Shown here: one piece after another, positions 45,472 to 54,183 of the stretch
How the letters are laid out: every line of letters starts with the position of its first letter
How positions within the stretch are numbered: position 1 is the first letter of the stretch
Origin: an uncultured Pirellulales bacterium
GTDB taxonomy: Bacteria; Planctomycetota; Phycisphaerae; Sedimentisphaerales; Anaerohalosphaeraceae
NCBI GenBank assembly: GCA_964454745.1
Contig: CAYVUI010000002.1
Coordinates: 27,643-91,642, forward strand
Direction of reading: 5' to 3'
Length of the DNA stretch: 64,000 nucleotides
The notes under the pieces: model-generated
Seen by the model: only the letters and a program-made list of their open reading frames with translations
Told to the model about the DNA's origin: nothing
Databases searched by the model: none
Translations under genes and position numbers: made by a program

Positions 45472-46686
45472 ATGCTTTGGCAGCAGATTGCGGTAAATAA
45501 ACGGAATTCGATCTTTTTGATGGCCACGATGGCAGCGGTACTTTTGCTGCTGGGATACCTGCTCGGTATGGCCTTTGGCGGAAACCCGAAGGCAGGACCG
45601 ATGGGAATGATGATCGCAGCGGGCATCTGGACATTCCTGGTCTTTCTGAGCTTCTCGAGCGGGGATAAGATCATGCTGGCCGCGTCAAAAGCCAAAAAGG
45701 TAACACCCGACGTCCACCCGATGCTGTTTAATATCGTCGAAGAGATGACCATCGCCGCGAGTCTGCCCAAAATGCCGGATATTTATATTATCAATGACCC
45801 GGCACCGAATGCGTTTGCCACGGGCCGAAGCCCGAAAAGCGCATCGGTTGCGGTCACCGCGGGGCTGCTCTCCCGGCTCAATCGCGATGAACTCCAGGGC
45901 GTGATCGCCCACGAGATCAGCCATATCATCCATCGCGACATCCTGTTTGTCACCCTGGCCGGCGTAATGCTTGGCACCATTGTTCTGGTTTCCCAGGTCT
46001 TCCTGCGTGGCATGTTCTATTCCTCGATGATGGGCGGCCGGCGGTATTCTTCACGGTCTCGCAACGACGGCGGCGGTGCAGCCATTATGATGATTATCGC
46101 GATCATTGCGGCAATCCTCGCGCCGATTTTTGCCCAAATCCTCTATTTTTCCCTTTCACGCAGGCGGGAATATCTCGCCGACGCGGGCGGTGCAAGGCTG
46201 ACACGCTACCCCGAAGGACTGGCCAGTGCACTGGAAAAGATATCCGGGGCTCATATCAAGCAGGAATCGGCGAATAAAGTCACAGCTCCGATGTACATCG
46301 AGGCCCCCTACACGGGCAAAATGGCACTCAATGCCTTCAGCACACACCCCCCGATTCAAAAACGGATTGAAATCCTCCGAAAAATGCAGCACGGAGCATC
46401 ATTTAAGGACTACGCCTCCGCTTCCGAGAGCGTACTGGGCAAATCCGCAGGCCTGATCCCAAAGCAACAGGCGACAAAAGACGAGTCGGTCACGATCCGT
46501 GAAGCCAGCCGGGAAGAAAAACAACGAAGCCGGCGCAAAAGCCACCGGGAACTTGGGGATGTGATGCGGAAAGTCAACGGATTTCAGTTCGTAAACTGTA
46601 CCTGCGGAGTCCGAATTAAAGTACCCCCTACCTATACCGCCAAAAGCCTTAACTGCCCGCGCTGCGGAACAGCCCATCAGCTCTGA
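45472..46686 (+). CDS. M48 family zinc metalloprotease (HtpX-like) with C-terminal zinc ribbon
   Basis: HEISHIIHRD (HExxH), four TM helices, EYLADAGGA. The C-terminus has CTCG...CPRCG. Confidence 0.85.
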   Translation: MLWQQIAVNKRNSIFLMATMAAVLLLLGYLLGMAFGGNPKAGPMGMMIAAGIWTFLVFLSFSSGDKIMLAASKAKKVTPDVHPMLFNIVEEMTIAASLPKMPDIYIINDPAPNAFATGRSPKSASVAVTAGLLSRLNRDELQGVIAHEISHIIHRDILFVTLAGVMLGTIVLVSQVFLRGMFYSSMMGGRRYSSRSRNDGGGAAIMMIIAIIAAILAPIFAQILYFSLSRRREYLADAGGARLTRYPEGLASALEKISGAHIKQESANKVTAPMYIEAPYTGKMALNAFSTHPPIQKRIEILRKMQHGASFKDYASASESVLGKSAGLIPKQQATKDESVTIREASREEKQRSRRKSHRELGDVMRKVNGFQFVNCTCGVRIKVPPTYTAKSLNCPRCGTAHQL

Positions 46687-46695
46687 TCGCCGCGA

Positions 46696-47334
46696 TCAGC
46701 GGAACACCCAGATGGTATCCATGTATTCGAGCCTTGCATCCGAACGGAACATCGGGTCGCCCGGGATGGCATATTCCAGCCCCAGCGTCTTGCTGAGATA
46801 GATTTTAACTGGATCTCCGTTTTCGTCCGTATCCGTAGGATGTTCGATCACAGCGGTCTGATTGCTCAGGCCCTGGACAAAAAGAGTAATATTTTTCGCA
46901 TCCGGATCAAAATCGGGCCAGATAATCGCCAGGTCCACCGCGTTATCTTCCCCCTGGAGCAGGACGGAATCGGCAAGTTCTATCGGCTGCAGGAAGGGGT
47001 AACGACCTTCATGAAGCTTGAAAATCCGGTTAAAAACGATGGTATTGATATCCACGTTCGCTTCAAGAACCTCAAAGGTGTCTGTCACGAGCGTACATTC
47101 CGGGAAGAAGTCCACATCCTTACCGGTACGGTTGACCAGCGTCAGGATAATATACCAGTACCGCTGGGGGGTTTCGCTGCCGGGCAGTTTCACTTCGATC
47201 TGGCGGGGCTGGCTGTATTCGACATCAAGGGTCCATTCACTCGCGGTACCCAGCCAGGTCGGTACGGGAAACGCACCGCAAAAGTTTGTCAATGCCGTCA
47301 ATATCAGCAGACCTGAAAAAACCAATCGCTTCAT
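46696..47334 (-). CDS. hypothetical secreted protein
   Basis: Signal peptide MKRLVFSGLLILTALTNFCGA. No domain recognised. Confidence 0.6.
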   Translation of the reverse strand: MKRLVFSGLLILTALTNFCGAFPVPTWLGTASEWTLDVEYSQPRQIEVKLPGSETPQRYWYIILTLVNRTGKDVDFFPECTLVTDTFEVLEANVDINTIVFNRIFKLHEGRYPFLQPIELADSVLLQGEDNAVDLAIIWPDFDPDAKNITLFVQGLSNQTAVIEHPTDTDENGDPVKIYLSKTLGLEYAIPGDPMFRSDARLEYMDTIWVFR

Positions 47335-47434
47335 TATTCACCTTTTGTATCTATATAATGTCAATTTTGGGGATTCTTAGCCAAACCAATCCCTTTGATC
47401 GGCCATTTTAACTTAGCGGAAGTTTGGGGTAAAG

Positions 47435-47462
47435 AAAAAAAAGGCAAGGTTTGCTTCTTGCC
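47435..47462 (-). terminator. rho-independent terminator-like element on the - strand, upstream of a - strand gene
   Basis: On the - strand: GGCAAG, 8-nt loop, CTTGCC, then T8 (A-run 47435-47442 on +). Lies ~100 nt upstream of the ATG at 47334. Confidence 0.45.
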
Positions 47463-47569
47463 AATTTAAGGCTTTTAGGGTTAAAATAAGGTTTTGACAC
47501 CCAAACAGGGCCTAAAACAAAGAAAAAAAGCTCTCCAATGAGCCTTTTCCATGCGCAATCCACTCATCA

Positions 47570-49021
47570 GTGGCCGGCAAGCAGGGGCTCAAGGCTAAAA
47601 CAAGGACGACCCGGAATATGATACTCGACCAGAAACAACTGCTCGAACGCATTGAGGCGTTCCTGATCCTCGAACACTACGATTCCCTGAAAAGGGTTCT
47701 CAGGGATCAGCGTACGAGTGATACTGCCGAGGTGGTCGAGACCCTCGACGAGGACGAGCGGCGAAAAATCTTCGACCTGCTCGATACGGAAGCCGCGGCG
47801 GAAGTCCTTGAGCGTGTCGACGAAGCGACTCGAGAAAATCTCTTCGAAATCCTCGGAGAAGACGAACTCGGTGAGATCGTCCGTGAACTGGATGCCGACG
47901 ACGCCGCGGATATCCTGTCCGAGTTGTCCGAAGAAGAAGCGGGCCGGGTGCTGGGGCACCTCGACCGGATCGAGGCCCTGAAAATCCGCAAACTGATGCT
48001 TTATTCCGAGGATTCTGCCGGCGGTATCATGGATCCGGTGGTGATCTCTGTCCATGAAGACGCCTCGGTCCACGAAGCAATCCGCAAAATCCGCGAATCA
48101 GAGGTTGATGAGGACTTTTACTCGATTTTTGTGGTCAACAGCCAGGAGCAGTTCCTCGGTGAGGTGCGTATCCGACAGCTAATCACCTGCCACGAGGAGA
48201 CACAGCTCAATCAGCTCGTGGATACTGACGCCCTCTATGTCTATACCGACGCCGACCAGGAAGAGGTCCGAAACCTTTTTAACAAGAACGAATTGATCGT
48301 AATCCCCGTTCTGGACGCCCAGCAGCGGCTTGTCGGCCGTATTACCGCCGACCGCGTGATTGAGGTCGCCCAGGATGAGGCCGACGAGGACCGCTATGTC
48401 ATGGCTGGTACCAATCCCGCCGAATTGGAGCGGGAATCGATCTTTAACGCCGCCCGAATCCGGATGACCTGGCTGCTGCCGTGCCTGATCGGGACCGGCA
48501 TTACCGCAGTTATCATGATCTTCTTCGAAAAAGGCTTCCAGGTCGTCAATATGGCGGGAATCTACAGTGCGGTTGTGGCCTCGTTCGTTCCAATGATCGC
48601 GGCGATCAGCGGAAACGCAGGGCTGCAAACCTCGGCCATCGTTGTCAGCGGCCTGGCCCGCGGTGACCTGGCGGCCATACAGCTTCGGCAGGTTTTTGCC
48701 CGTGAGGTCAGAATTGCAGTCCTGGTCGCCCTCGCATGCGGGATTATCGGGGGGCTCATTTGCGGAGGCCTAATCGTAACCGATGTCATGGAAAGCGGCC
48801 CGGAAGGAGCGGCTGTACAGACACTGCGAATTGTAACCGGATTTGTCCTTGCGATGTTTACCTCGGTCATGGTCGCCACGACTCTGGGGCTGTTTTTGCC
48901 GTTTTTGTTCCGAAAAGTGGGAATTGACCCTGCAATTGCGTCCGGCCCGCTGGTCACGACCGCCAATGACTCGATCAGTGTAGCGATTTACCTGACATTA
49001 ACGCTGGTTTTGATTTCGTGA
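47570..49021 (+). CDS. mgtE: magnesium transporter MgtE
   Basis: Acidic N-domain, two CBS-like segments, membrane domain with AAISGNAGLQTSAIVV and GPLVTTANDSISV. Start is GTG 47570 or ATG 47618. Confidence 0.9.
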   Translation: MAGKQGLKAKTRTTRNMILDQKQLLERIEAFLILEHYDSLKRVLRDQRTSDTAEVVETLDEDERRKIFDLLDTEAAAEVLERVDEATRENLFEILGEDELGEIVRELDADDAADILSELSEEEAGRVLGHLDRIEALKIRKLMLYSEDSAGGIMDPVVISVHEDASVHEAIRKIRESEVDEDFYSIFVVNSQEQFLGEVRIRQLITCHEETQLNQLVDTDALYVYTDADQEEVRNLFNKNELIVIPVLDAQQRLVGRITADRVIEVAQDEADEDRYVMAGTNPAELERESIFNAARIRMTWLLPCLIGTGITAVIMIFFEKGFQVVNMAGIYSAVVASFVPMIAAISGNAGLQTSAIVVSGLARGDLAAIQLRQVFAREVRIAVLVALACGIIGGLICGGLIVTDVMESGPEGAAVQTLRIVTGFVLAMFTSVMVATTLGLFLPFLFRKVGIDPAIASGPLVTTANDSISVAIYLTLTLVLIS

Positions 49022-49116
49022 AGATTTTTTGAAAATTCGGGTTTGAGGAGCTTGTTTTCGTCCCGGCAACGCGGTTTTTGTGAAATTTGGAGCAAAAACT
49101 CCGGGAGATTCCTTCC

Positions 49117-49144
49117 TTGACAAAGGCCGTGCTTTTTTTACAAT
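49117..49144 (+). promoter_or_regulatory. sigma70-like promoter for pilT
   Basis: TTGACA (49117-49122), 16-nt spacer, TACAAT (49139-49144). Confidence 0.4.
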
Positions 49145-49236
49145 ATAGGTTTTGGCATCTTCGCCCCGTCATCAGGATGCAATGGGCAGATGGGCTTGTG
49201 CCGAAATGACGCTTTTGGGTATGTAAGGAGTCGATT

Positions 49237-50373
49237 ATGACAGAAGGACAGCCAATTGAAACGAAGGTAATCGAAGGCAAGGAGCCGGAGGTCAATAAGC
49301 TCTTTCGTGCTGCGATCAAAGCCGACGCATCGGACCTGCACCTGAAGGTCGGCCAGCCGCCGAAACTTCGTATTCACAGCAAACTGAAAAATACAACCGG
49401 GGATGAATTAACCCCCCAGGACACCGAACGATTGATCCTCGAGATGCTTACCGAAGCACAGCGGGAATTTTTTCTAGGCCACGGGGCACTGGACTTCGCC
49501 TGGCAGGTTGGTAAGGAAGACCGCTTTCGTGTGAATATTTTCCGCCAGCGCGGACATATCAGCCTGGCGGCCCGTCACATTACCAGTAAAATCCCCCCGT
49601 TTGAGAAACTGCACCTTCCCCCGATCGTCGAGCAGGTCTCTGCCAGTGTACACGACGGGATGATCCTGGTAACCGGACCGACCGGATCGGGTAAGAGTAC
49701 AACCATCGCATCGATGATCGACCATATCAACCGTACACGCGGGTGCCATATCGTAACCATCGAGGACCCGATTGAGTTCCTGCACAATGACAAAAAGGCG
49801 ATTGTCTCGCAGCGTGAGATCGGCATTGACGTACCCAACTTTGACGATGCCCTGCGTTCCCTGATGCGTCAGGACCCGGACGTAGTACTGGTTGGTGAAA
49901 TGCGTGACAACGAAACCCTGACCGCCGCGATGCGTGCCGCGGAAACGGGACACCTTGTTTTTGGTACCCTGCACGCCAATAACGCGGCACAAACGATTCA
50001 GCGTATCCTGGACCTGTTCCCGATGGAAGAACGAGACCTGGCTCGCCAGACCTTCGCCCTGACGATCCGCTGCGTGATTTCCCAGCAGCTTCTTCCCGGT
50101 ATTCGTCCGGATGTCAAGCGGCTGCCGGCCGTGGAGATTCTGCTGAGAAACTCTATTGTCCGCAAGTTGATCGCGGAAGAGCGAGAATCGGACATTCCAG
50201 CAATTATCCGGCAGTGTCAGAATGAAGGGATGCAGGACTTTACCGAGTCTCTTCGTCGGCTGATCGAACAGGAATATATCGACCTGAAGGTCGGGCTCAA
50301 TTATGCCCCGAATGTAGAAGAACTGAAGATGGCGTTGAAGGGGATTCGTGCCGGTTCGGGTGCGATCCTTTAA
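49237..50373 (+). CDS. pilT: type IV pilus retraction ATPase PilT/PilU family
   Basis: AAGGAG RBS. ASDLHL, Walker A GPTGSGKST, Asp box TIEDPIEF, Walker B DPDVVLVGEMRD, His box TGHLVFGTLHAN. Confidence 0.9.
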   Translation: MTEGQPIETKVIEGKEPEVNKLFRAAIKADASDLHLKVGQPPKLRIHSKLKNTTGDELTPQDTERLILEMLTEAQREFFLGHGALDFAWQVGKEDRFRVNIFRQRGHISLAARHITSKIPPFEKLHLPPIVEQVSASVHDGMILVTGPTGSGKSTTIASMIDHINRTRGCHIVTIEDPIEFLHNDKKAIVSQREIGIDVPNFDDALRSLMRQDPDVVLVGEMRDNETLTAAMRAAETGHLVFGTLHANNAAQTIQRILDLFPMEERDLARQTFALTIRCVISQQLLPGIRPDVKRLPAVEILLRNSIVRKLIAEERESDIPAIIRQCQNEGMQDFTESLRRLIEQEYIDLKVGLNYAPNVEELKMALKGIRAGSGAIL

Positions 50374-50398
50374 TCAGAAGATATTTGCGGAGACGAGC

Positions 50399-52090
50399 AT
50401 GGCGGAATTGATAGGCGCAGCGGATCCAACAGCGGGTTTTTACATTTCACTTTTCAAACTGGTACCATGGATCGCATTCTTTTTCCTGTGGCTGCCGACG
50501 ATTAACTGGGTCCACCGGGACGCACAGGCAGTCCGAACGGATGTAACCCTCTGGACGGGGCTTATCACGGCAACGGGAGCAATCGGGCTGTTGCTGTGGC
50601 TGTTTATCCCCATGTACCTGATCGGCATCCTTTTGTACGCCGTCGCGATGATCGCGGTACTGCTGGTCTACAGCGTACACCGCAATTCACGGGTGGCGGA
50701 GTTTGAAAAGATTCTCACCCCGGCACACCTCAAGAGCCTTTTTGTCAATGAGAACAAAAAGATTTCACAGTCCGCCAAGGGAATTCACTTTATCACCGCC
50801 AATGACAACGAGGTTCCTTTCCCGGAGCCCAAAAGCCGTGAAGCCTTTGGCTTCGGCATCGCTTGTGAACTCTTCGACGACGCCATCTGGAAACGCGCCG
50901 GCGAGATTATCCTGCGGCCGGCCCAGTCGGAGTATTCCGTTCATTACATGATCGACGGCGTGGCGATGGAGCAGGAAAGCCGCGAGAAAGAGGAGGTCGA
51001 TTTCTTAATCTATTACATCAAGCAGCTTGCTGATCTGGATGTCAACGAAAAGCGTAAGCCCCAAACCGGGCCGTTTAAAGTGGAACGCAACGAGGTCCGC
51101 TATGAATTTGAAGCGACCACCGCGGGCTCTACCGCGGGTGAGCAGCTTGTTATCCGGCGACAGGTCGAGTATTCCATCATGAAAATCGAGGACCTGGGAC
51201 TGACGGCCAAACAGGTCGAACAGATTCAGCCTCTCCGGGAAAAAGAAAACGGTGTCTTTTTGATTTCCGGCCCTTCCAAAAGCGGGCTGACGTCTACCTT
51301 TTATGCCTTCCTTCGCAATCATGATCCCTTCATGAACAATATCAACACGCTGGAGAAGAAGCCCGCCGCGGAACTGCATAATATCACTCAGAACACCTTC
51401 AATCCCGGCGACACCTCAACCGGCGGTGAGCGAGGGACCGACGGCCAGCCGATTACCTACGCAAGGCGTTTGCAGTCGATCCTCCGCATGGGACCGGATA
51501 TTATGGGCGTCGGTGAATGCGAGGACAAACAATCGGCCTTTTTAACCTGCAAGGCAGCAAGAGATAATAAGATCGTATATGTAACCCTGCACGCCAACGG
51601 CGTCATGCAGGCCCTCCAGCAGTGGATCAAACTCGTCGACGACCGCGAGCTGTTAGCAGAAACCCTTTTGGGCATCAGCAATCAGCGGCTGGTTCGTTTG
51701 CTGTGTGAAGAATGCAAACAGGCCTACCAGCCCAACCCGGACCTGCTTCGTAAATTCAACCTGCCGGTCGATAAAATCCAGGTCCTCTATCGTCCCGAGG
51801 GATACCTCTACGACAAGAAGGGCCGGGCCAGCGTTTGCGAGCACTGCCAGGGTACGGGCTATTACGGCCGGACGGGCATTTTTGAAACCATCCTGATTGA
51901 CGATGAACTGCGGAAAATTCTTGCCCAGGCCAAGAGCATTCAGGATATCGCCAACAGCTTCCGCCGATCCGGTATGCTGTATATGCAGGAACAGTCGCTT
52001 AAGAAAGTGGTCAACGGCGTTACCGCGATCAATGAAGTCGTTCGGGAATTTACACCGCAAAACAGCAGAAAAAAAGGAAAGTCATCCTAA
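50399..52090 (+). CDS. membrane-anchored GspE/PilB-like secretion-ATPase paralogue with degenerate nucleotide-binding motifs
   Basis: GGAG RBS before the ATG at 50399. Three N-terminal TM helices. N2-like domain (RKPQTGPFKV...AGEQLVIR). Walker-A position reads GPSKSGLTS, Asp-box position TLEKKPAAEL. Retained: GPDIMGVGECED, VTLHANG and the tetra-Cys CEEC...CEHCQGTGYYGRTGIFE. Confidence 0.8.
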   Translation: MAELIGAADPTAGFYISLFKLVPWIAFFFLWLPTINWVHRDAQAVRTDVTLWTGLITATGAIGLLLWLFIPMYLIGILLYAVAMIAVLLVYSVHRNSRVAEFEKILTPAHLKSLFVNENKKISQSAKGIHFITANDNEVPFPEPKSREAFGFGIACELFDDAIWKRAGEIILRPAQSEYSVHYMIDGVAMEQESREKEEVDFLIYYIKQLADLDVNEKRKPQTGPFKVERNEVRYEFEATTAGSTAGEQLVIRRQVEYSIMKIEDLGLTAKQVEQIQPLREKENGVFLISGPSKSGLTSTFYAFLRNHDPFMNNINTLEKKPAAELHNITQNTFNPGDTSTGGERGTDGQPITYARRLQSILRMGPDIMGVGECEDKQSAFLTCKAARDNKIVYVTLHANGVMQALQQWIKLVDDRELLAETLLGISNQRLVRLLCEECKQAYQPNPDLLRKFNLPVDKIQVLYRPEGYLYDKKGRASVCEHCQGTGYYGRTGIFETILIDDELRKILAQAKSIQDIANSFRRSGMLYMQEQSLKKVVNGVTAINEVVREFTPQNSRKKGKSS

Positions 52091-52109
52091 GCTGACAAGG
52101 AGCAGATAT

Positions 52110-53108
52110 ATGGTTGCTTTGGGCATTACAGTCATTATTACAATTCTTGTGATAGCACAGTTCTATCTAAAAAACTCCATCATGAAATCCCTGGCCATGG
52201 TCTTTTGCGGACTGTTTGGTTTTATTGTCGCTATGAACTTTGCCGAGCCGGCCAGTAATTTCCTCATCTTCAAAGGATGGATCATGAACTGGGCACCTGC
52301 TATTGTCTTTGCCATTCTTTTTGTACTTGCCATGGCCATCCCGTTTTCTCTTGCCGGCCTGCTGACCGGGGACGCCATTGATTTCGGGAAAGTTCCCAAA
52401 GGCATCATTAATGTCCTGTGCGGCGGCATCTTTGGCCTGATTGTCTCGGGGGTATTTATCATATTTCTCGGACTTTTATCACTACCGAACGCAATGCCCT
52501 ACCCGCGGTATGACATAGAGGCTTTTAATCCGAAACAGTCCAAAGCCGCGATCATCCCCGTCGACTCCATGCTGACAGGAATGTTTTCGTACATCTCCAG
52601 CGGTTCCATGTCTCGCGGCAATGAATTCGACTTTATCAATGCCGACTATCTCGACAAGATTTATCTCAATAACCGCATGCACCGCGGAGAGATCGCCCCC
52701 TGCGTCGGTAAGGATGCGATCAAGGTACGCGGTGAGGACGTCGAATTTGACGAGAACAATTCACGACTGCTTATCACGCTCAACCTCGAGACGGCTAAAA
52801 TCGCAGATGGCGGCGTTCGGTCTCCGGAGGGCAGCCTTTCGTTTTTCCCGGCCCAGGCCAGGCTGGTCTATCGGGACAACGGGCAGACAAAGCTTTTGTA
52901 CCCGGTTTCACTGCGTACCAAGACCCGGGCGATGAATGAAAAAGACATGGATTACGCGAAGGCGATCACGCTGACCGGCGATGATGTTACCGGCGGTTTC
53001 GGAAAGGTACAGATCGCTTATGAAGTGAGCCGGTTCCCCGAAGGGGCCATCCTTCAGTTCAAAAACAACGGGTACGCTGCCATCCCCAAACCCAGGCCGC
53101 AGGAATAG
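52110..53108 (+). CDS. CvpA-like membrane protein with C-terminal soluble domain
   Basis: AAGGAG RBS before the ATG at 52110. Four hydrophobic helices in the first ~170 aa in a CvpA-like arrangement, then ~160 aa unassigned. Confidence 0.65.
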   Translation: MVALGITVIITILVIAQFYLKNSIMKSLAMVFCGLFGFIVAMNFAEPASNFLIFKGWIMNWAPAIVFAILFVLAMAIPFSLAGLLTGDAIDFGKVPKGIINVLCGGIFGLIVSGVFIIFLGLLSLPNAMPYPRYDIEAFNPKQSKAAIIPVDSMLTGMFSYISSGSMSRGNEFDFINADYLDKIYLNNRMHRGEIAPCVGKDAIKVRGEDVEFDENNSRLLITLNLETAKIADGGVRSPEGSLSFFPAQARLVYRDNGQTKLLYPVSLRTKTRAMNEKDMDYAKAITLTGDDVTGGFGKVQIAYEVSRFPEGAILQFKNNGYAAIPKPRPQE

Positions 53109-53169
53109 ACGCCTTAGGCTGAAAAAAAGCAAGAAATCGCCAGGTTGTGAAAATCTGCCGCGGATTCAG

Positions 53170-53763
53170 TTACTTTTTGACATCCCTGGTCTTTTCGGTG
53201 AGAAGCGCTTCGAGAGTGCGAATATCCTTGGGAAGATGAATCGTCATAAATTCGCTGTCCTCGATCGCGGTATACGAATGATCCAGGGTGCCGTCAAAAA
53301 AGATGGTTCTATCGGGGCCGAATTCATACTCGCGGTCTTCCACGCGAAACTTCACCAGTCCGCTGAACACGTAGCAAAACTCATTGCAGTCTTCATGGAT
53401 CGGCATCGCATGGACTTCCTGTCCTGCAGGAGCCGTAACGCGGATCATCTTCGCTTTGCCGTAGATCGCCGCTTTGCATTTCTCCAGTCCGATAACCCGT
53501 GTCTGCCCGGCAGAAGGTTGAATCGGTCGGGCTTCACGAATCTGGACCAGGCGGTTTTCGGCCAGGCTGATCAAATCCGAAGTTGAAATCTGCAGCGCAC
53601 AAGCCAGCGCATCAAGCGTTTTCAGCGATGGGCTGGTCTTGTTGGATTCAATGCTGGCCGTCGTGGAGTAGGTCAGTCCGGATGCTTCAGCCAGTTTTTC
53701 GAGTGTAAGGTTTAGACGTTTGCGCAAAACGCGAATTACTGAAAAGTCGTAGTGATTTTTCAT
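53170..53763 (-). CDS. XRE-family HTH regulator with C-terminal cupin domain
   Basis: LRKRLNLTLEKLAEASGLTYSTTASIESNK HTH_3, then a cupin-like segment (GQEVHAMPIHEDCNEFCYVFSG...). Confidence 0.85.
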   Translation of the reverse strand: MKNHYDFSVIRVLRKRLNLTLEKLAEASGLTYSTTASIESNKTSPSLKTLDALACALQISTSDLISLAENRLVQIREARPIQPSAGQTRVIGLEKCKAAIYGKAKMIRVTAPAGQEVHAMPIHEDCNEFCYVFSGLVKFRVEDREYEFGPDRTIFFDGTLDHSYTAIEDSEFMTIHLPKDIRTLEALLTEKTRDVKK

Positions 53764-54183
53764 TATAGGTCCTTCTTACCCGGAAGGTAAAAAAAATACA
53801 ATGCTTCTCTGTCAGTACTTATCCCTATAGCCCTTTGTCCCTTTTTCCTGTGCCGTTAAAAAAATGAAGGACAAAGCCTGTTTGTGTATAATTTTTTATA
53901 TATTCTACCCATACACTATGCAACAATATTTTTGGATTTTTTGAGTAGTTGCCACAATTTTTTCTCGATAGAGACTTTGAGACAAAGTTGTTCATAAGAA
54001 CACATGTTTTGCAGAATAAAAAGGTCAGCTTTAGCTTCTTTAAACAATAAACGAGATAATTTCTATCTGCTTTAAGCTCTGACCCTATGTAAAAAAATAT
54101 CAAATAAAAAGGGATTGCCGCTTAACAGCAAAATGTAAATGGGAGTTAGCACAAGTTACAGCAGAATTATTTGGAGATGAATC

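Noticed and set aside
47335-47569. M-box (ykoK) Mg2+ riboswitch upstream of mgtE.
   Set aside because: The 235-nt region is AT-rich and I could not recognise the conserved M-box helices or core sequences. Only short local pairings are present. An Rfam scan would be needed to exclude it formally.
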